From a virus (lineage: Duplodnaviria > Heunggongvirae > Uroviricota > Caudoviricetes), in the IMG/VR virus record IMGVR_UViG_2693429713_000009: 64,000 nt of DNA. One strand, written 5' to 3'. The notes below the pieces were generated by a model that saw only the letters and a list, made by a program, of their open reading frames with translations, was not told the origin of the DNA and ran no database searches. This document shows positions 1 to 10,246 of this stretch, piece after piece. Both the position numbers and the translations under genes were made by a program. Every line of letters begins with the position of its first letter. The first letter of the stretch is position 1.

Positions 1-49
1 ATGTGTTAGCCGTGCTCAACAGGGGGATCTTTTCACCGCTTGTTCCGAG

Positions 50-75
50 TTCTCTTAAACCAAGGTTTAGGATTG
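50..75. promoter_or_regulatory. cix/gix-like inversion crossover site
   Basis: Imperfect dyad TTCTCTTAAACC-AA-GGTTTAGGATTG with AAACC-AA-GGTTT core typical of hix/gix/cix sites; overlaps 3' end of the invertase gene at the window edge. Confidence 0.45.
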
Positions 76-627
76 AAATGATGATGCCGGAAACTTCTTA
101 TAAAGCGTGGAAACAGCCACATCATAGATGATTGCAACCTGCTTACGAGGGATGCCCTTCTCCAGCAATCGCCGCATTTGCTGCCATGTTTCTTCTTGGT
201 ATTTAGGCCGACGCCCACCTATACGACCTTCTGCGCGAGCTGCATCAAGTCCAGCGCGTGTACGTTCAATGATAAGCTCACGTTCCATTTCTGCCAGCGC
301 ACCCATTACGTGAAAGAAAAAGCGCCCCATTGGTGTACTGGTGTCGATGGAGTCAGTGAGACTCCGGAAGTTAATGCCTCTGTCACGCAGCTCTTCCACC
401 AGCACAACCAAGTGACGCATGCTGCGCCCAAGGCGATCTAACTTCCATACGACCAGGGTGTCACCTCTGGAAAGAATACGCAGAACCTTTTTTAACCCTG
501 GGCGTTCAGCCTTTTTGCCGCTCGCCTTATCCTCAAAAATTAGCTCACATCCTGCGCTTTCAAGGGCGTTTCGTTGTAAAGCGGTGTTTTGGTCATTAGT
601 TGATACGCGAATGTATCCAATAAGCAT
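67..627 (-). CDS. cin: DNA invertase, Cin/Hin/Gin-family serine recombinase
   Basis: 186 aa; N-terminus MLIGYIRVSTNDQ with catalytic Ser, C-terminal HTH; strong resemblance to Hin/Gin/Cin/Pin. Confidence 0.9.
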   Translation of the reverse strand: MLIGYIRVSTNDQNTALQRNALESAGCELIFEDKASGKKAERPGLKKVLRILSRGDTLVVWKLDRLGRSMRHLVVLVEELRDRGINFRSLTDSIDTSTPMGRFFFHVMGALAEMERELIIERTRAGLDAARAEGRIGGRRPKYQEETWQQMRRLLEKGIPRKQVAIIYDVAVSTLYKKFPASSFQS

Positions 628-732
628 ATGTCCCCCCTTGTATGTTAAGGGGGGAGATTCTAGAAGATGTCCTGTAAGGAAATAACAAACTGACTAAGTT
701 AGTGGCGCATTAGATGTTATTTCTGGAGGGGT

Positions 733-1059
733 ATGTTTGCAGATTATGAAAATCTGGCTGTAGTAGTCATAACATCCCTACTAAGTGGAACCGGCGTATT
801 CCTTCTCGGAGTTAGAGACGGGCGCATTTCTGCGTCCCTGCTCAATCTTGCGAGTGAATTGTTTACTGCGGTAACAGCCGGGCTTGCGGGGTATGGGGTG
901 GCGGTTAGCCAAGAATGGCCTGAAGGTATCATTTTCTGCGTTGTTCTGATTGCCAGTAACAACGGTAGTGAAATTTTACAGGGCTTGAAGTCCAGAGCTA
1001 GTAACGTCTTGAATCTCTTAAGCGTAATAGCGAATGGGGGAAAAGGTGGAGAGAAATAA
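733..1059 (+). CDS. holin-like small membrane protein
   Basis: 108 aa with about three hydrophobic segments; first gene of the rightward Dar operon. Confidence 0.4.
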   Translation: MFADYENLAVVVITSLLSGTGVFLLGVRDGRISASLLNLASELFTAVTAGLAGYGVAVSQEWPEGIIFCVVLIASNNGSEILQGLKSRASNVLNLLSVIANGGKGGEK

Positions 1060-1505
1060 TGGGTAACTTTGGAAATTATTTCATTTTTATCATGGCATTT
1101 GTTGCCATCATTGACCGTTTCATTTTTCGTCGCAAGAGTGTTGAGATTTTGAGTATTGGTGACGCTGTAGTGAAAGAATCCGCTATAGCATTTCCTGTTT
1201 CGCTACGTGTTAAGCGAAGCTGGGTCAGCAATGCTCAAATCGAATATTGGTTGCAAGACCTGAAAAATCCATCTGTGGTTATTTCAGGGAAAACGCGACC
1301 AGTTGACGCCTCAAAACGCGGTGAGAGAGAAGAGTATTTGCTCATCGATACGAAATATCTTGAGCCAACGAAGTGGGATCTGAAAGTCACATTGACTAAC
1401 GGTAACTGTCGACTGAATCCGCTTTATCGCATTTTCCCTATCAATGACTGCATAGAGCGCCAGTTTACGATCGAAAAGCGTGAAGGAGACTGGGATGTCA
1501 AATAA
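1059..1505 (+). CDS. hypothetical protein with N-terminal membrane anchor
   Basis: 148 aa, hydrophobic N-terminus FIFIMAFVAII; start overlaps upstream stop. Confidence 0.4.
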   Translation: MGNFGNYFIFIMAFVAIIDRFIFRRKSVEILSIGDAVVKESAIAFPVSLRVKRSWVSNAQIEYWLQDLKNPSVVISGKTRPVDASKRGEREEYLLIDTKYLEPTKWDLKVTLTNGNCRLNPLYRIFPINDCIERQFTIEKREGDWDVK

Positions 1506-2115
1506 GAATAATTATGTTCTTCTTAATTATGATGAGTTAAACGAAAAGGGGCTGGCAAAACTCGTCAAAGAAATCAGCAAAGGTGGTTACAAGATAGCGA
1601 GGGTGATCCCTGCAAGTAATGGCAGGAAGAAAGATGGGATCATGACGCGCACGTTTACCCTTATTGGTATTGATGAACAGACAATGGAAGTTCAGGTTAA
1701 CGATACCGGTGATATATCTGGGATCAAACTGAATGGTAAAACAGTACCATTCAAGCCAGTAAAAACAATGTCGGCTTTGGGGCAATCTCTTGCGGCTTTA
1801 TTTAATCGCGGAGCAACTTCTTTCCAGAAGTCATTAGCTCGAAAACTTGCTCGTGCAGCAAAAAATATTGATGACGGAAATAAGAAGCGGCAGGGAGTTA
1901 AATCTAACGCTCAGAAATTAGCTGAAGCGAAAGAATCACGTGATGCACTCCGTGAAGATATCGCTAATGCTAACGACAAACTGTCTAAACTCCAGAGCAA
2001 GTCAGACAAAGTAATGCAAGATACGGGTAACGTTAAAGCTGCCTTGTCTCAGGAAGTAGCTAAGACACGTGCTCTTAAAGAAGAAATCGCGCGCCTGGAG
2101 GATGAGCATGATTAA
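1495..2115 (+). CDS. Hdf-like Dar-operon protein
   Basis: ATG at 1495 preceded by AAGGAG; Lys/Ala-rich coiled-coil C-terminus; position immediately upstream of DarA-like gene. Confidence 0.45.
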   Translation: MSNKNNYVLLNYDELNEKGLAKLVKEISKGGYKIARVIPASNGRKKDGIMTRTFTLIGIDEQTMEVQVNDTGDISGIKLNGKTVPFKPVKTMSALGQSLAALFNRGATSFQKSLARKLARAAKNIDDGNKKRQGVKSNAQKLAEAKESRDALREDIANANDKLSKLQSKSDKVMQDTGNVKAALSQEVAKTRALKEEIARLEDEHD

Positions 2116-4063
2116 CAATCCTTTACGAATTAATATTCAGTCTACTTTTGCTGATACGATCCCCGGCTATATGCCAAGTCGCTGGTCTTCAGAAGAATTA
2201 AGCGAAGATGACCTGATTTTTGAGGCGGCGACCTTAGAAGATATTGAGCTTGCCTATATGGGCAATGAAATTCTGGTTGTGTCTGACGAAGCTATGTTTG
2301 AGTCCATAACTACAACCAGAATTCGGTTAGCTCAAACAATGCGAGCTTTCGTCCGTGCGCTGAATCGTGGCCTGAATGGTACGAATATTATGGCAGGGAC
2401 TGATGAAGCTGGGACCGATGAAAATGGACGTAATTGTATTGGAGGTGCGATTATCGGTCGTGTACGTCGGGTAGCTAATATCCCTGTTTTGACCGCGCAG
2501 ATACCGCTTACTGACGGGCAGAGTACAAGCATAATTTTCCACTCTCCAACAGCTGACGGGGCAAAAATAAAGAGTAACGACGAGCTTGTTGCATTTCAGT
2601 TTTTACTTAATAAGCGTAACGTAACTCACGTTGTCGCCCCGATTGGTGGGAGAGATGTTTCTTTAAGCCAGGTATGCCAGGCGCTATCTAATTTGATTGA
2701 GCGTAACAGCGAAAAATTTAAGAAAGCAAAAGAGCGCCAGGACAAAATGAAGGCAGATATTGAGAGTTATCTCAATGAAGCAGATAAACTGGCAGAAGAA
2801 CGGTCAATAATGATTGATCAGGTGGACGTTGCGCAACGTGGGCTGACTGAAAAGCGTGCTGCTCTTACGGAGATGCAAAAAAAACTTGATGCCCAGAAAG
2901 CCATCAACGAGGAATTACAAGAAAAACGCGATAAATTGTTGTCTGCTAAAGGTGAAAAAACGAAGGAACGAGCGTTTAGTGACCAGCTGCGACATGTAAA
3001 ACATAATCTTGCCATTGACGGAAAAACAGTGCTGGATAATGGCGCTGAAGTTAATTATGTCACGTCCGGCAGTGACAATTTCGTTACGATAGTAGCACCT
3101 GAAGGTAAATTCAGTATTGATGCCAGTGCTGTCAAAGGAGGCAGTTTGGCAGATGCTGCAACCAAATTACTTAAAGCCTACCGAGAGCATAACGCAGATA
3201 AATATAAAGTTGATGTGTTACCAGGCCAGCAGGAAGACTCCGAACCACCACAGACAGACCCCGAGACGAACCCAGTATCACAATCAGAAAGCCAAGATGT
3301 AGGTAAATACCACTATGCACTTCAATCTCGCCCGGCTGGTGTTGGTGCTGTGCCGGATGGAAATAAAGCCGTGCTTGATCGTCCTGACCAGGCTGATCAG
3401 TATTACGAATATGCTCGTCACGGTATCATTACGTATGACCGTAAACTGACAGATGAAGAAGTCAGCCAGTACGAGTTGCTCTATCTTCCTGATGAAGATG
3501 AGCTGAAAGATTTTGCAGACCAATTGGTTGCGTCCAGCATGTCGAAACATATTGATGGCTATGTGGACCTGTTTGGCAGTGACCTGAAAACATTCAAGGC
3601 GCAAGTGAAAATTCTTTTCCGCAAAGCGTTTCCAAACGTGGCGTATCCACTTAGTGATGGGGAGAACCTTTTCATTATGGACGTGTATAACGCCCTTCAA
3701 AATCATTCAAGCGAAGTAAAAATAGAGCATATGGTTGAGCCAGAATCACAACCACAACCACAACCACAACCACAACCACAACCACAACTACAACCAGCAC
3801 CAGAACAGGAGCCAGAAGAAACGGGTGAATCAGCAAGTGAAGCTGATCAGGAGGCAGATAAAGCACTGGAGTACCTGAAATCCGTGCCGGAGCAGTTTAC
3901 ATCCCGCGATCTGACGGTCATCAGTGCTGAACTTGATCATGTGCAGGAAGCAGCAAACGCTCTAATCAGTGCAGGTCGATACGACGAGAACGAAGCCACT
4001 GTTGGTGAAGCAGTTGACTACCTGATCAACATTCTGGCTGAAATTCAGCAGGGAGGTGCTTAA
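2102..4063 (+). CDS. darA: DarA-like antirestriction / internal head protein
   Basis: About 650 aa, size and operon position as in P1 darA; internal PQ repeat; overlaps upstream gene. Confidence 0.45.
   Translation: MSMINNPLRINIQSTFADTIPGYMPSRWSSEELSEDDLIFEAATLEDIELAYMGNEILVVSDEAMFESITTTRIRLAQTMRAFVRALNRGLNGTNIMAGTDEAGTDENGRNCIGGAIIGRVRRVANIPVLTAQIPLTDGQSTSIIFHSPTADGAKIKSNDELVAFQFLLNKRNVTHVVAPIGGRDVSLSQVCQALSNLIERNSEKFKKAKERQDKMKADIESYLNEADKLAEERSIMIDQVDVAQRGLTEKRAALTEMQKKLDAQKAINEELQEKRDKLLSAKGEKTKERAFSDQLRHVKHNLAIDGKTVLDNGAEVNYVTSGSDNFVTIVAPEGKFSIDASAVKGGSLADAATKLLKAYREHNADKYKVDVLPGQQEDSEPPQTDPETNPVSQSESQDVGKYHYALQSRPAGVGAVPDGNKAVLDRPDQADQYYEYARHGIITYDRKLTDEEVSQYELLYLPDEDELKDFADQLVASSMSKHIDGYVDLFGSDLKTFKAQVKILFRKAFPNVAYPLSDGENLFIMDVYNALQNHSSEVKIEHMVEPESQPQPQPQPQPQPQLQPAPEQEPEETGESASEADQEADKALEYLKSVPEQFTSRDLTVISAELDHVQEAANALISAGRYDENEATVGEAVDYLINILAEIQQGGA
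3747..3792 (+). repeat. (CAACCA)n hexanucleotide microsatellite inside DarA-like CDS
   Basis: About seven tandem CAACCA units encoding QPQPQPQPQPQP. Confidence 0.7.
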
Positions 4064-4431
4064 TGACCATCTCTGTTTTAGACCGCCTGAAATTAGGTAA
4101 AGAGCTATCAGATCTAATGCAGGCGCAGAAAACTGCGCCAGTATTGCAACGCGTCACCATTGGTAAGCAGATTGTTGATGTGATGCTGAAATTGGGCCTG
4201 GGGACTGCCGCGCAACCGGCAGCGGAACCGCAACAACAGACTGATCCTGTTGTAGATGAAGTCCCTAAGATAGTGACTGACTTCTTGGGCGGTGTGTTCA
4301 CAAAGTCCACACAAATGGAATTTATTGATGCGCTGCGTGGGATCTCAAACTATGTTGGCGAGTTCCTTACGTTGGAGCAGGCTAAAGAGCAGACCATAAG
4401 CTGGGTGAAAGCTAACGGTTATGCCGGGTAA
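4063..4431 (+). CDS. small Dar-operon protein (DdrA-like)
   Basis: 122 aa, start overlaps DarA-like stop. Confidence 0.4.
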   Translation: MTISVLDRLKLGKELSDLMQAQKTAPVLQRVTIGKQIVDVMLKLGLGTAAQPAAEPQQQTDPVVDEVPKIVTDFLGGVFTKSTQMEFIDALRGISNYVGEFLTLEQAKEQTISWVKANGYAG

Positions 4432-4513
4432 TCAAAAGGGGCTGAAATGCCCCTTTCACTTATCTGTTCTCACATAAATCACACACTTTTTACACTCACA
4501 GCTTTCTCTATAG

Positions 4514-5911
4514 TTGGAGTGTATTTTGAACAAATCCGTTACTTCTGCGCTTTCCGGGGCCACAGATATTAACAGCGTCATTGCTCTGGTTTCTTCATTA
4601 GAGAGGAAAGAAACACGCCTGGGGCGAAGTAGCTACGTAGTCACCAGCAAAGGTGCAGAGGTAAAGACGGCTTTTAAGGTCGTTGATGCCAGCAGTCTGA
4701 TCATTTCGAACAACCTTGACGGTACGATTAACCCGGCCTTCCCGGAAGAACTCCAACCACGAGATCGTACCCGGCTATCCAGCAAACTCCAGGTTAACCG
4801 TATTGCCTCCAATTTACGCCCGGCACAATTAACGGATTCCGGTATGAGCAGCCACGGAGCGCCGATAGTTGGTCCGGACAACGTTGTTGAATCCGGCAAC
4901 GGAAGGAGTATGGGTATCTGGCGTGCCTATGAGCAAGGACAGGCGGATGAGTATCGCCAGTACCTGATCGACCATGCGAAAGAGTTTGGTCTGAATCCTG
5001 ACGAAATTTCGCAAATCTCTATGCCCGTACTGGTGCGAGAAAGACTCACAGATGTAGACCGCGCTCAATTTGCCCGCGATTCAAACATTAGCGATCTGCA
5101 AGAGATGGCAGCAAGTGAAAAAGCGTATGCGGATGCGCAATTTCTCACTGAGAGCGTCATGGCGCTATTTAATCCTTCAGATGATGGAAATCTGCTGGCG
5201 CGGTCCAATGATGCGTTTATTCGTGCGTTTTTGCGCGAAATTGGCGATACAGCGACGGCAGGCTTGCTTACTGCCGATGGGCGTCCCACGAAACAGCTTA
5301 TCGATCGCATCCAGAATGCAATTTTTGCCAAAGCGTACAAGGATGAAAGGCTTGTTCGGCTGGTGTCGGAAGAGCCAGATCCGGAAATGCGTAATATCCT
5401 GACCGCATTAAATACGGCAGCCAGCGATTTTGCGCAAATGCAGTCGCTGTCTGGCGACGCTCACCATGACGCAGTAACAGGCTTAGTGGACGGTATAGAG
5501 CAGGTTAATGGCCTGGATACACAGGCGATAGCAGCACTCCAGGAAGCAATTAATCTTGTACGTGAAGCCAAAGACAACGGTCAGGCCGTTGAAGAAGTGA
5601 TCGCCCAAAGGGGGTTATTCGGCGATAGTACACCGGAAGCTGAGGCATTGGCGTTATTCATCGTAGCAAATAATCGCAGTGCGAAGCGTATGGGGGCAGC
5701 ATTCAAAAAAATGGCGCAAAAAATCAACGACGAGCTGACTCATAAACAACAGGCATTGGGCGATATGTTCGGCGGTGGCGATGTTGATCTGCGTCGTATT
5801 TTGTCTGCTGTATCTGATGAAATTGAGGGTGAATTTGGCGAAGGGAAAGGTCTGAACTTTGCTATGTTTGAAAATTCTACAGGTCTAAATAATTGCCGTA
5901 CGGAAAACTAA
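4514..5911 (+). CDS. hypothetical protein, head/Dar module
   Basis: 465 aa ORF, same strand operon, no motif recognised. Confidence 0.35.
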   Translation: MECILNKSVTSALSGATDINSVIALVSSLERKETRLGRSSYVVTSKGAEVKTAFKVVDASSLIISNNLDGTINPAFPEELQPRDRTRLSSKLQVNRIASNLRPAQLTDSGMSSHGAPIVGPDNVVESGNGRSMGIWRAYEQGQADEYRQYLIDHAKEFGLNPDEISQISMPVLVRERLTDVDRAQFARDSNISDLQEMAASEKAYADAQFLTESVMALFNPSDDGNLLARSNDAFIRAFLREIGDTATAGLLTADGRPTKQLIDRIQNAIFAKAYKDERLVRLVSEEPDPEMRNILTALNTAASDFAQMQSLSGDAHHDAVTGLVDGIEQVNGLDTQAIAALQEAINLVREAKDNGQAVEEVIAQRGLFGDSTPEAEALALFIVANNRSAKRMGAAFKKMAQKINDELTHKQQALGDMFGGGDVDLRRILSAVSDEIEGEFGEGKGLNFAMFENSTGLNNCRTEN

Positions 5912-5975
5912 ACCAACCGCTGAAATCACATACTGATTATGCTGCCGCAAAACTGGAAACAATTTGCGGTGATTC

Positions 5976-7658
5976 ATGGCAACGAAAGACAAAAACAAAG
6001 GCTTTCTGTCAGCATTGAAGAAAGCCTTCAACGGTGGTGATGTTACGCCCGCCGATCCGGTCGTTTTTACGAGCGGACATAGTGTCGTTGCTCGTTCCGG
6101 CCTGTCTGCTTTACGTCCAGGCATCCTGGGGAGCAATAGCGATGGCATGACGAGTGAAGCAGATTCAATTTCTTTATCCGCTGAACTGCCCGGCGAGCGC
6201 CTGCAAAAGTACAACATCCTGGAAACGATGGCTAAAAGCCCGACTATCTCGACGGCTTTAAATATTCACATTGCACATGCGCTTGCGCCTTCAAAAAAAA
6301 CCGGACAAGCATTCATCCTTTCGCCAAAGGATGGTTCCGATGCCGAGGCAGTAAGTAGATGTGAAGAGTTAACCGCTGATTTGGGGGCGATGATTAATGA
6401 CGGACTTCCTTCATGGGCCATGATTATGGCGATCTTTGGGGTGTCTTATGTCCGCCCTTATGCTGAACAGGGCAGGGGGATAACAGGCATTGAGTCCAGT
6501 TATTACACTCTGCCACACTTCGTCCAAGAGTTTTATCGTGGTAGCCAGCTGGTAGGTTTCAGTGGTGATTACATCCTGGATACGCATAGTTTGCGCAGAG
6601 TAATAACCGAACCGTGGAATCTGGTTTCCATGAAAAATCCCTATTGGACGCCGCAGCATAAAGTTATTCCGGTTAGCTACGGCACGAAAGGGTACTCACT
6701 GTTAAGTGAGCAGGCTGATAAGCCGTTAATGGAGACGCAGAATTACGGTACTTCATTCCTTGAATACAGCTATGAACCTTACCTGAATTTATGTGCTGCG
6801 CTCGCCGCGCTGAAATCAACGCGAAATAATGCAGCCAAAATTGACCGCCTGATTGCTCTTACGACGAACACACTGGACCCGGTTAATGCGGCGAACTATA
6901 CGCGTGGCGTCAGCCAGGCATTGAAGCGTCATAGTGACCTGGTGGCGCAAAGGTCGATTAATGCCAACGCTATTCCGACTGTGCTTAACCATCTGATACC
7001 TGTTATGGGAGACGGGAAGAACGGCATCACCATTGATACGCAATCCATACCCGCAGATATCAGTGGTATCGAAGACGTTATGTTTCACCTCCGGCAGCTT
7101 GCTGCAAGCCTAGGCATTGACGCAACAATGCTTGGCTGGGCTGATCAGATGAGTGGTGGACTTGGGGAAGGAGGTTGGCAGCAAACAGCTATCCAGGCCG
7201 CATTACGTGCGAACTGGATCAGACAGGCCGCCCAGCGAACTATTTATCGGCTTCATGATATTCACCTCGCTTATAAATACGGGAAGGTTTACACCGAAAA
7301 AAACCGTCCTTATGACGTGCAATTCAACTCAATGAACACTGCTATCCAGGAAGAGGAAAACCGGGAACTGGATGCACGCGCCAACTTTGTTGCTGTCATC
7401 TCCCAAATTATGGACCAGATCCAGAACAACCCGAAACTGGCTGGTAGTGACGCGTTTATGCGTTATCTGTTCACCGAGCAGTTGCACATCGATGATGACA
7501 CTCTCAACACCATGATCAAAGAGTTTAAGGCGAATGAATCAGAGCAAAACAACGAGCATGGTATGTACGAATCCTCGCCGTTGTCGTCCGGTGACGATCC
7601 GGAAAACTGGACGCCAGAACAGTTAATAAACTTTGCAAAATTTGTGATGAGCAATTAA
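5976..7658 (+). CDS. hypothetical protein, possible portal or head morphogenesis protein
   Basis: 560 aa; size and position in head-associated operon only. Confidence 0.3.
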   Translation: MATKDKNKGFLSALKKAFNGGDVTPADPVVFTSGHSVVARSGLSALRPGILGSNSDGMTSEADSISLSAELPGERLQKYNILETMAKSPTISTALNIHIAHALAPSKKTGQAFILSPKDGSDAEAVSRCEELTADLGAMINDGLPSWAMIMAIFGVSYVRPYAEQGRGITGIESSYYTLPHFVQEFYRGSQLVGFSGDYILDTHSLRRVITEPWNLVSMKNPYWTPQHKVIPVSYGTKGYSLLSEQADKPLMETQNYGTSFLEYSYEPYLNLCAALAALKSTRNNAAKIDRLIALTTNTLDPVNAANYTRGVSQALKRHSDLVAQRSINANAIPTVLNHLIPVMGDGKNGITIDTQSIPADISGIEDVMFHLRQLAASLGIDATMLGWADQMSGGLGEGGWQQTAIQAALRANWIRQAAQRTIYRLHDIHLAYKYGKVYTEKNRPYDVQFNSMNTAIQEEENRELDARANFVAVISQIMDQIQNNPKLAGSDAFMRYLFTEQLHIDDDTLNTMIKEFKANESEQNNEHGMYESSPLSSGDDPENWTPEQLINFAKFVMSN

Positions 7659-7671
7659 CCGGAGGGAAATA

Positions 7672-8670
7672 ATGCAATCACTGAATACTGTTACGGATCG
7701 CTTCTCCCTGGTAGAGAAAATCCGCAAACACACACCGCAGAACAACCGAAATTACGTCATTCAGTCGGTACGAGACACATTCAACTCGCCAGAAACAAAA
7801 GAGCGTATCGCGCTGGGTGAGATGTATGGTTATTACGGTCATGGTCGCCGGGCGATGCACTATAACAAAACGAAAAGCCTGAACTTGCCGGAAGTCTCTG
7901 TTGTGATGGTAGATGGGAAGCCTGTTGTATTGGAGAACGTGCCGTCAAACAGGACTATCGACATTTCGATTGACGACAACGGCATTGTTACGCATACGCA
8001 GGAAATACTGGATACAGACACCGGGCGTATTGTTCAGGGCATGATTAATTCTGGTGCTGGTGGTTGGTCGTGGGCTACATCTGGTCCAGATTCATCGGTA
8101 TCCTTGGTAAAGTCTTTCCACGGCTTTGATTACGTAACTGTGCCTAACTATATCAGCCTCGACAAGAAAAGCCTGATGCTTGAATCAGCAGAAGAGCGCG
8201 ATGCGGCTATTCATGCAGCACTTATCGAACAAGGTTTTACCGATAACGCAGCTACGGATCTGGTTCACCACTTTTCAGCAATGAAAAATCAGCAAGCCAT
8301 GCTCGAATCTGCACATCGTGAAGCCCTGGAATCAGAATTGATGCTCCTTGAAGTGGAAAACATACAGCTTCGAGATAAGCTGCGCGCTCAAACAGCGATG
8401 ATGGAAAGCCAAGGGGAAAATGCAAAGCAATGCCGCCGGATTTTGCGTGACGCTATCCAGGAAATGCCTGTTTTTATCAGCGCAGAACAGCGCCGGGCGC
8501 TCTGCCGTATGCAGTCTGAAGATGATGCCCGCATAGTGGCTGCGATGCTTGAATCTCTTGGGGCAAATGCTACTTATGGCTTACCGGTATCAGGCAAGAA
8601 AGAACCAGAGTTATCACCGAAGGAGAACAAAAACACCACCCCGTTACTCTTCGTTTCTAGAAGGGGGTGA
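7672..8670 (+). CDS. hypothetical protein, possible prohead protease/scaffold
   Basis: 332 aa, 13 nt after upstream gene; helical acidic C-terminal half. Confidence 0.3.
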   Translation: MQSLNTVTDRFSLVEKIRKHTPQNNRNYVIQSVRDTFNSPETKERIALGEMYGYYGHGRRAMHYNKTKSLNLPEVSVVMVDGKPVVLENVPSNRTIDISIDDNGIVTHTQEILDTDTGRIVQGMINSGAGGWSWATSGPDSSVSLVKSFHGFDYVTVPNYISLDKKSLMLESAEERDAAIHAALIEQGFTDNAATDLVHHFSAMKNQQAMLESAHREALESELMLLEVENIQLRDKLRAQTAMMESQGENAKQCRRILRDAIQEMPVFISAEQRRALCRMQSEDDARIVAAMLESLGANATYGLPVSGKKEPELSPKENKNTTPLLFVSRRG

Positions 8671-8688
8671 TTGCCTTGTTAAGTTAAA

Positions 8689-8697
8689 TTTCTAACA
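8689..8697. promoter_or_regulatory. C1-type operator-like motif TTTCTAACA
   Basis: Member of recurring TGTTAGAAAA/TTTTCTAACA family; followed by AGTGTA-N6-TACACT dyad and a cluster of three GATC sites (8721-8750) upstream of RepL-like gene. Confidence 0.45.
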
Positions 8698-8785
8698 TAG
8701 TGTATTTATATACACTGTTGATCCTGGTGGATGGGATCGAGTAGGATCGCGGTCACTGCTCCGGTAGCGACTGCCAAAAAAGCAA

Positions 8786-8808
8786 AAGCCGCTGAGAAGC
8801 GGCTTTTT
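8786..8808 (+). terminator. intrinsic terminator
   Basis: AAGCCGC-TGAGAA-GCGGCTT followed by TTTTT. Confidence 0.6.
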
Positions 8809-8870
8809 GGGCGTATAAATCCACTGCCATAGATTTATACGGTAGATAGATTTTTTCACGGAACTATCTG

Positions 8871-9833
8871 GTGAGTATTTTAAATTCAGTTTCAGTAACT
8901 TTCAACACTTCTGAGTATAAAAACAACACTGAATACCACAAAAAAATCAAAGGTCATCAGTTGAGTTTTTTTGCTCGTCATAGCGGTCTTCTTTCCCCTT
9001 CACATAGCGCCATTATTGCCGAGTTCGCCAACCTGGCAGGGTCTACCGATGAATACATGATCCGTCGCTCATATGCTGATATGTCCGAGATTACAGGACG
9101 CAGTATTTCTACTGTGCGCCGGGCATTTGCTGAAGCGACGAAGTGCGGAATGCTTGTTAAGCAACATCAGGTAGCGAATAACAATGCCCAGGTGTGTAAC
9201 GTATATCGGTTTACGACACAATTTCTCCACTTCATTCATGTAGCAATGGAGATAGGGGGTAAGCAGGGCATCAAATTTGCCAACGCCACAAAACTGGTTA
9301 AGCAGTTGATTTCAAAGGTTCGTTATTTTTTTGAAACTGGGAACCCCCTGTTCAAATTGAACAAGTCCCCCCATGTTCAAATTGAACAGCCAATAGAAAA
9401 TAAGAGTCACTCTATAGCAAAAAGAAGAGAAAGATCATGCGCGGTTCAGCCAAAGGCTTCACCAGCAGATAGTTCTCAAGCGGATAATGGGGTACTGGAT
9501 AAAAAACCAGTAATCAGGGAAGAACATACCAACCACTGCCTGGCGGCGGCAAAAGCGAGAGCTGCAAAGCGTCGTTCAGACGAGGGGCACGCAAAACGGC
9601 AGGCTCTGTATCGTACCGCTGAAAAGCTGGCAAAAAAATTTGCATGGATACGTAGTGCCGCTACCGCAGTGAATAAGCCTAAACAATCCAGTGCCCTGGA
9701 TTTCTCAATGGATTATTCTGGCTCCCAGGGGTGTGCAACCATTGGTGAAGCCTTTGACCTGATGAAACAGCGTGGCTATCGGTCTGAATTTGACCGTGAG
9801 GATTGGTCAATCCCGGCGGGCTTTAGGGGATGA
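8871..9833 (+). CDS. RepL-like replication protein
   Basis: 320 aa with HTH-like ITGRSISTVRRAF; operator-controlled promoter; internal twin palindromes. Confidence 0.4.
   Translation: MSILNSVSVTFNTSEYKNNTEYHKKIKGHQLSFFARHSGLLSPSHSAIIAEFANLAGSTDEYMIRRSYADMSEITGRSISTVRRAFAEATKCGMLVKQHQVANNNAQVCNVYRFTTQFLHFIHVAMEIGGKQGIKFANATKLVKQLISKVRYFFETGNPLFKLNKSPHVQIEQPIENKSHSIAKRRERSCAVQPKASPADSSQADNGVLDKKPVIREEHTNHCLAAAKARAAKRRSDEGHAKRQALYRTAEKLAKKFAWIRSAATAVNKPKQSSALDFSMDYSGSQGCATIGEAFDLMKQRGYRSEFDREDWSIPAGFRG
9349..9388. repeat. two copies of 15-bp palindrome TGTTCAAATTGAACA inside RepL-like CDS
   Basis: Perfect dyads at about 9349-9363 and 9374-9388; candidate origin element. Confidence 0.5.
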
Positions 9834-9887
9834 CCTGTGTGTCTACAAAACATCCCAATGATCGGAAAATGCTCGCTCGATGATTTG

Positions 9888-9917
9888 TGTTAGAAAATTA
9901 ATTTGATGTTTCTAAAT
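9888..9917. promoter_or_regulatory. paired operator-like motifs TGTTAGAAAA-N11-TTTCTAAAT
   Basis: Inverted pair of the recurring motif upstream of the icd/antirepressor unit. Confidence 0.5.
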
Positions 9918-10019
9918 CGGAATGTATGATCTGCATCATCGACTGAAGTCATCCATTGCTGAAATTTTTAGTTGATCTTCCATGTTTTCAGGCTTATATT
10001 CATGCCGTCGTAGCAAATT

Positions 10020-10215
10020 CTGCGACCGGGTTTGACAGCCTGAATACTTACGCGGACAACCGCACATTTCCGATATTGCGGTATTTTTGTGTCCGTAAAA
10101 CCACGTTACGCCCGAATTATGGTGGGGCGTGATGGGGAGGCTTCGGCCTGCTGGTTTCGTAAGTGCCAGTCTGTCAACCCTGTCACGTCCTGCCACCTGT
10201 TTGACAGCGGGTCGC
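10020..10215 (+). ncRNA. candidate c4-like antisense RNA region
   Basis: Non-coding leader upstream of icd-like gene with direct repeats GTTTGACAGC (about 10029 and 10199) and complementary CTGTCAACCCTGTCAC (about 10172). Confidence 0.25.
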
Positions 10216-10246
10216 AGGTTGTTTATCAACTTACGAGGCCGTAACT

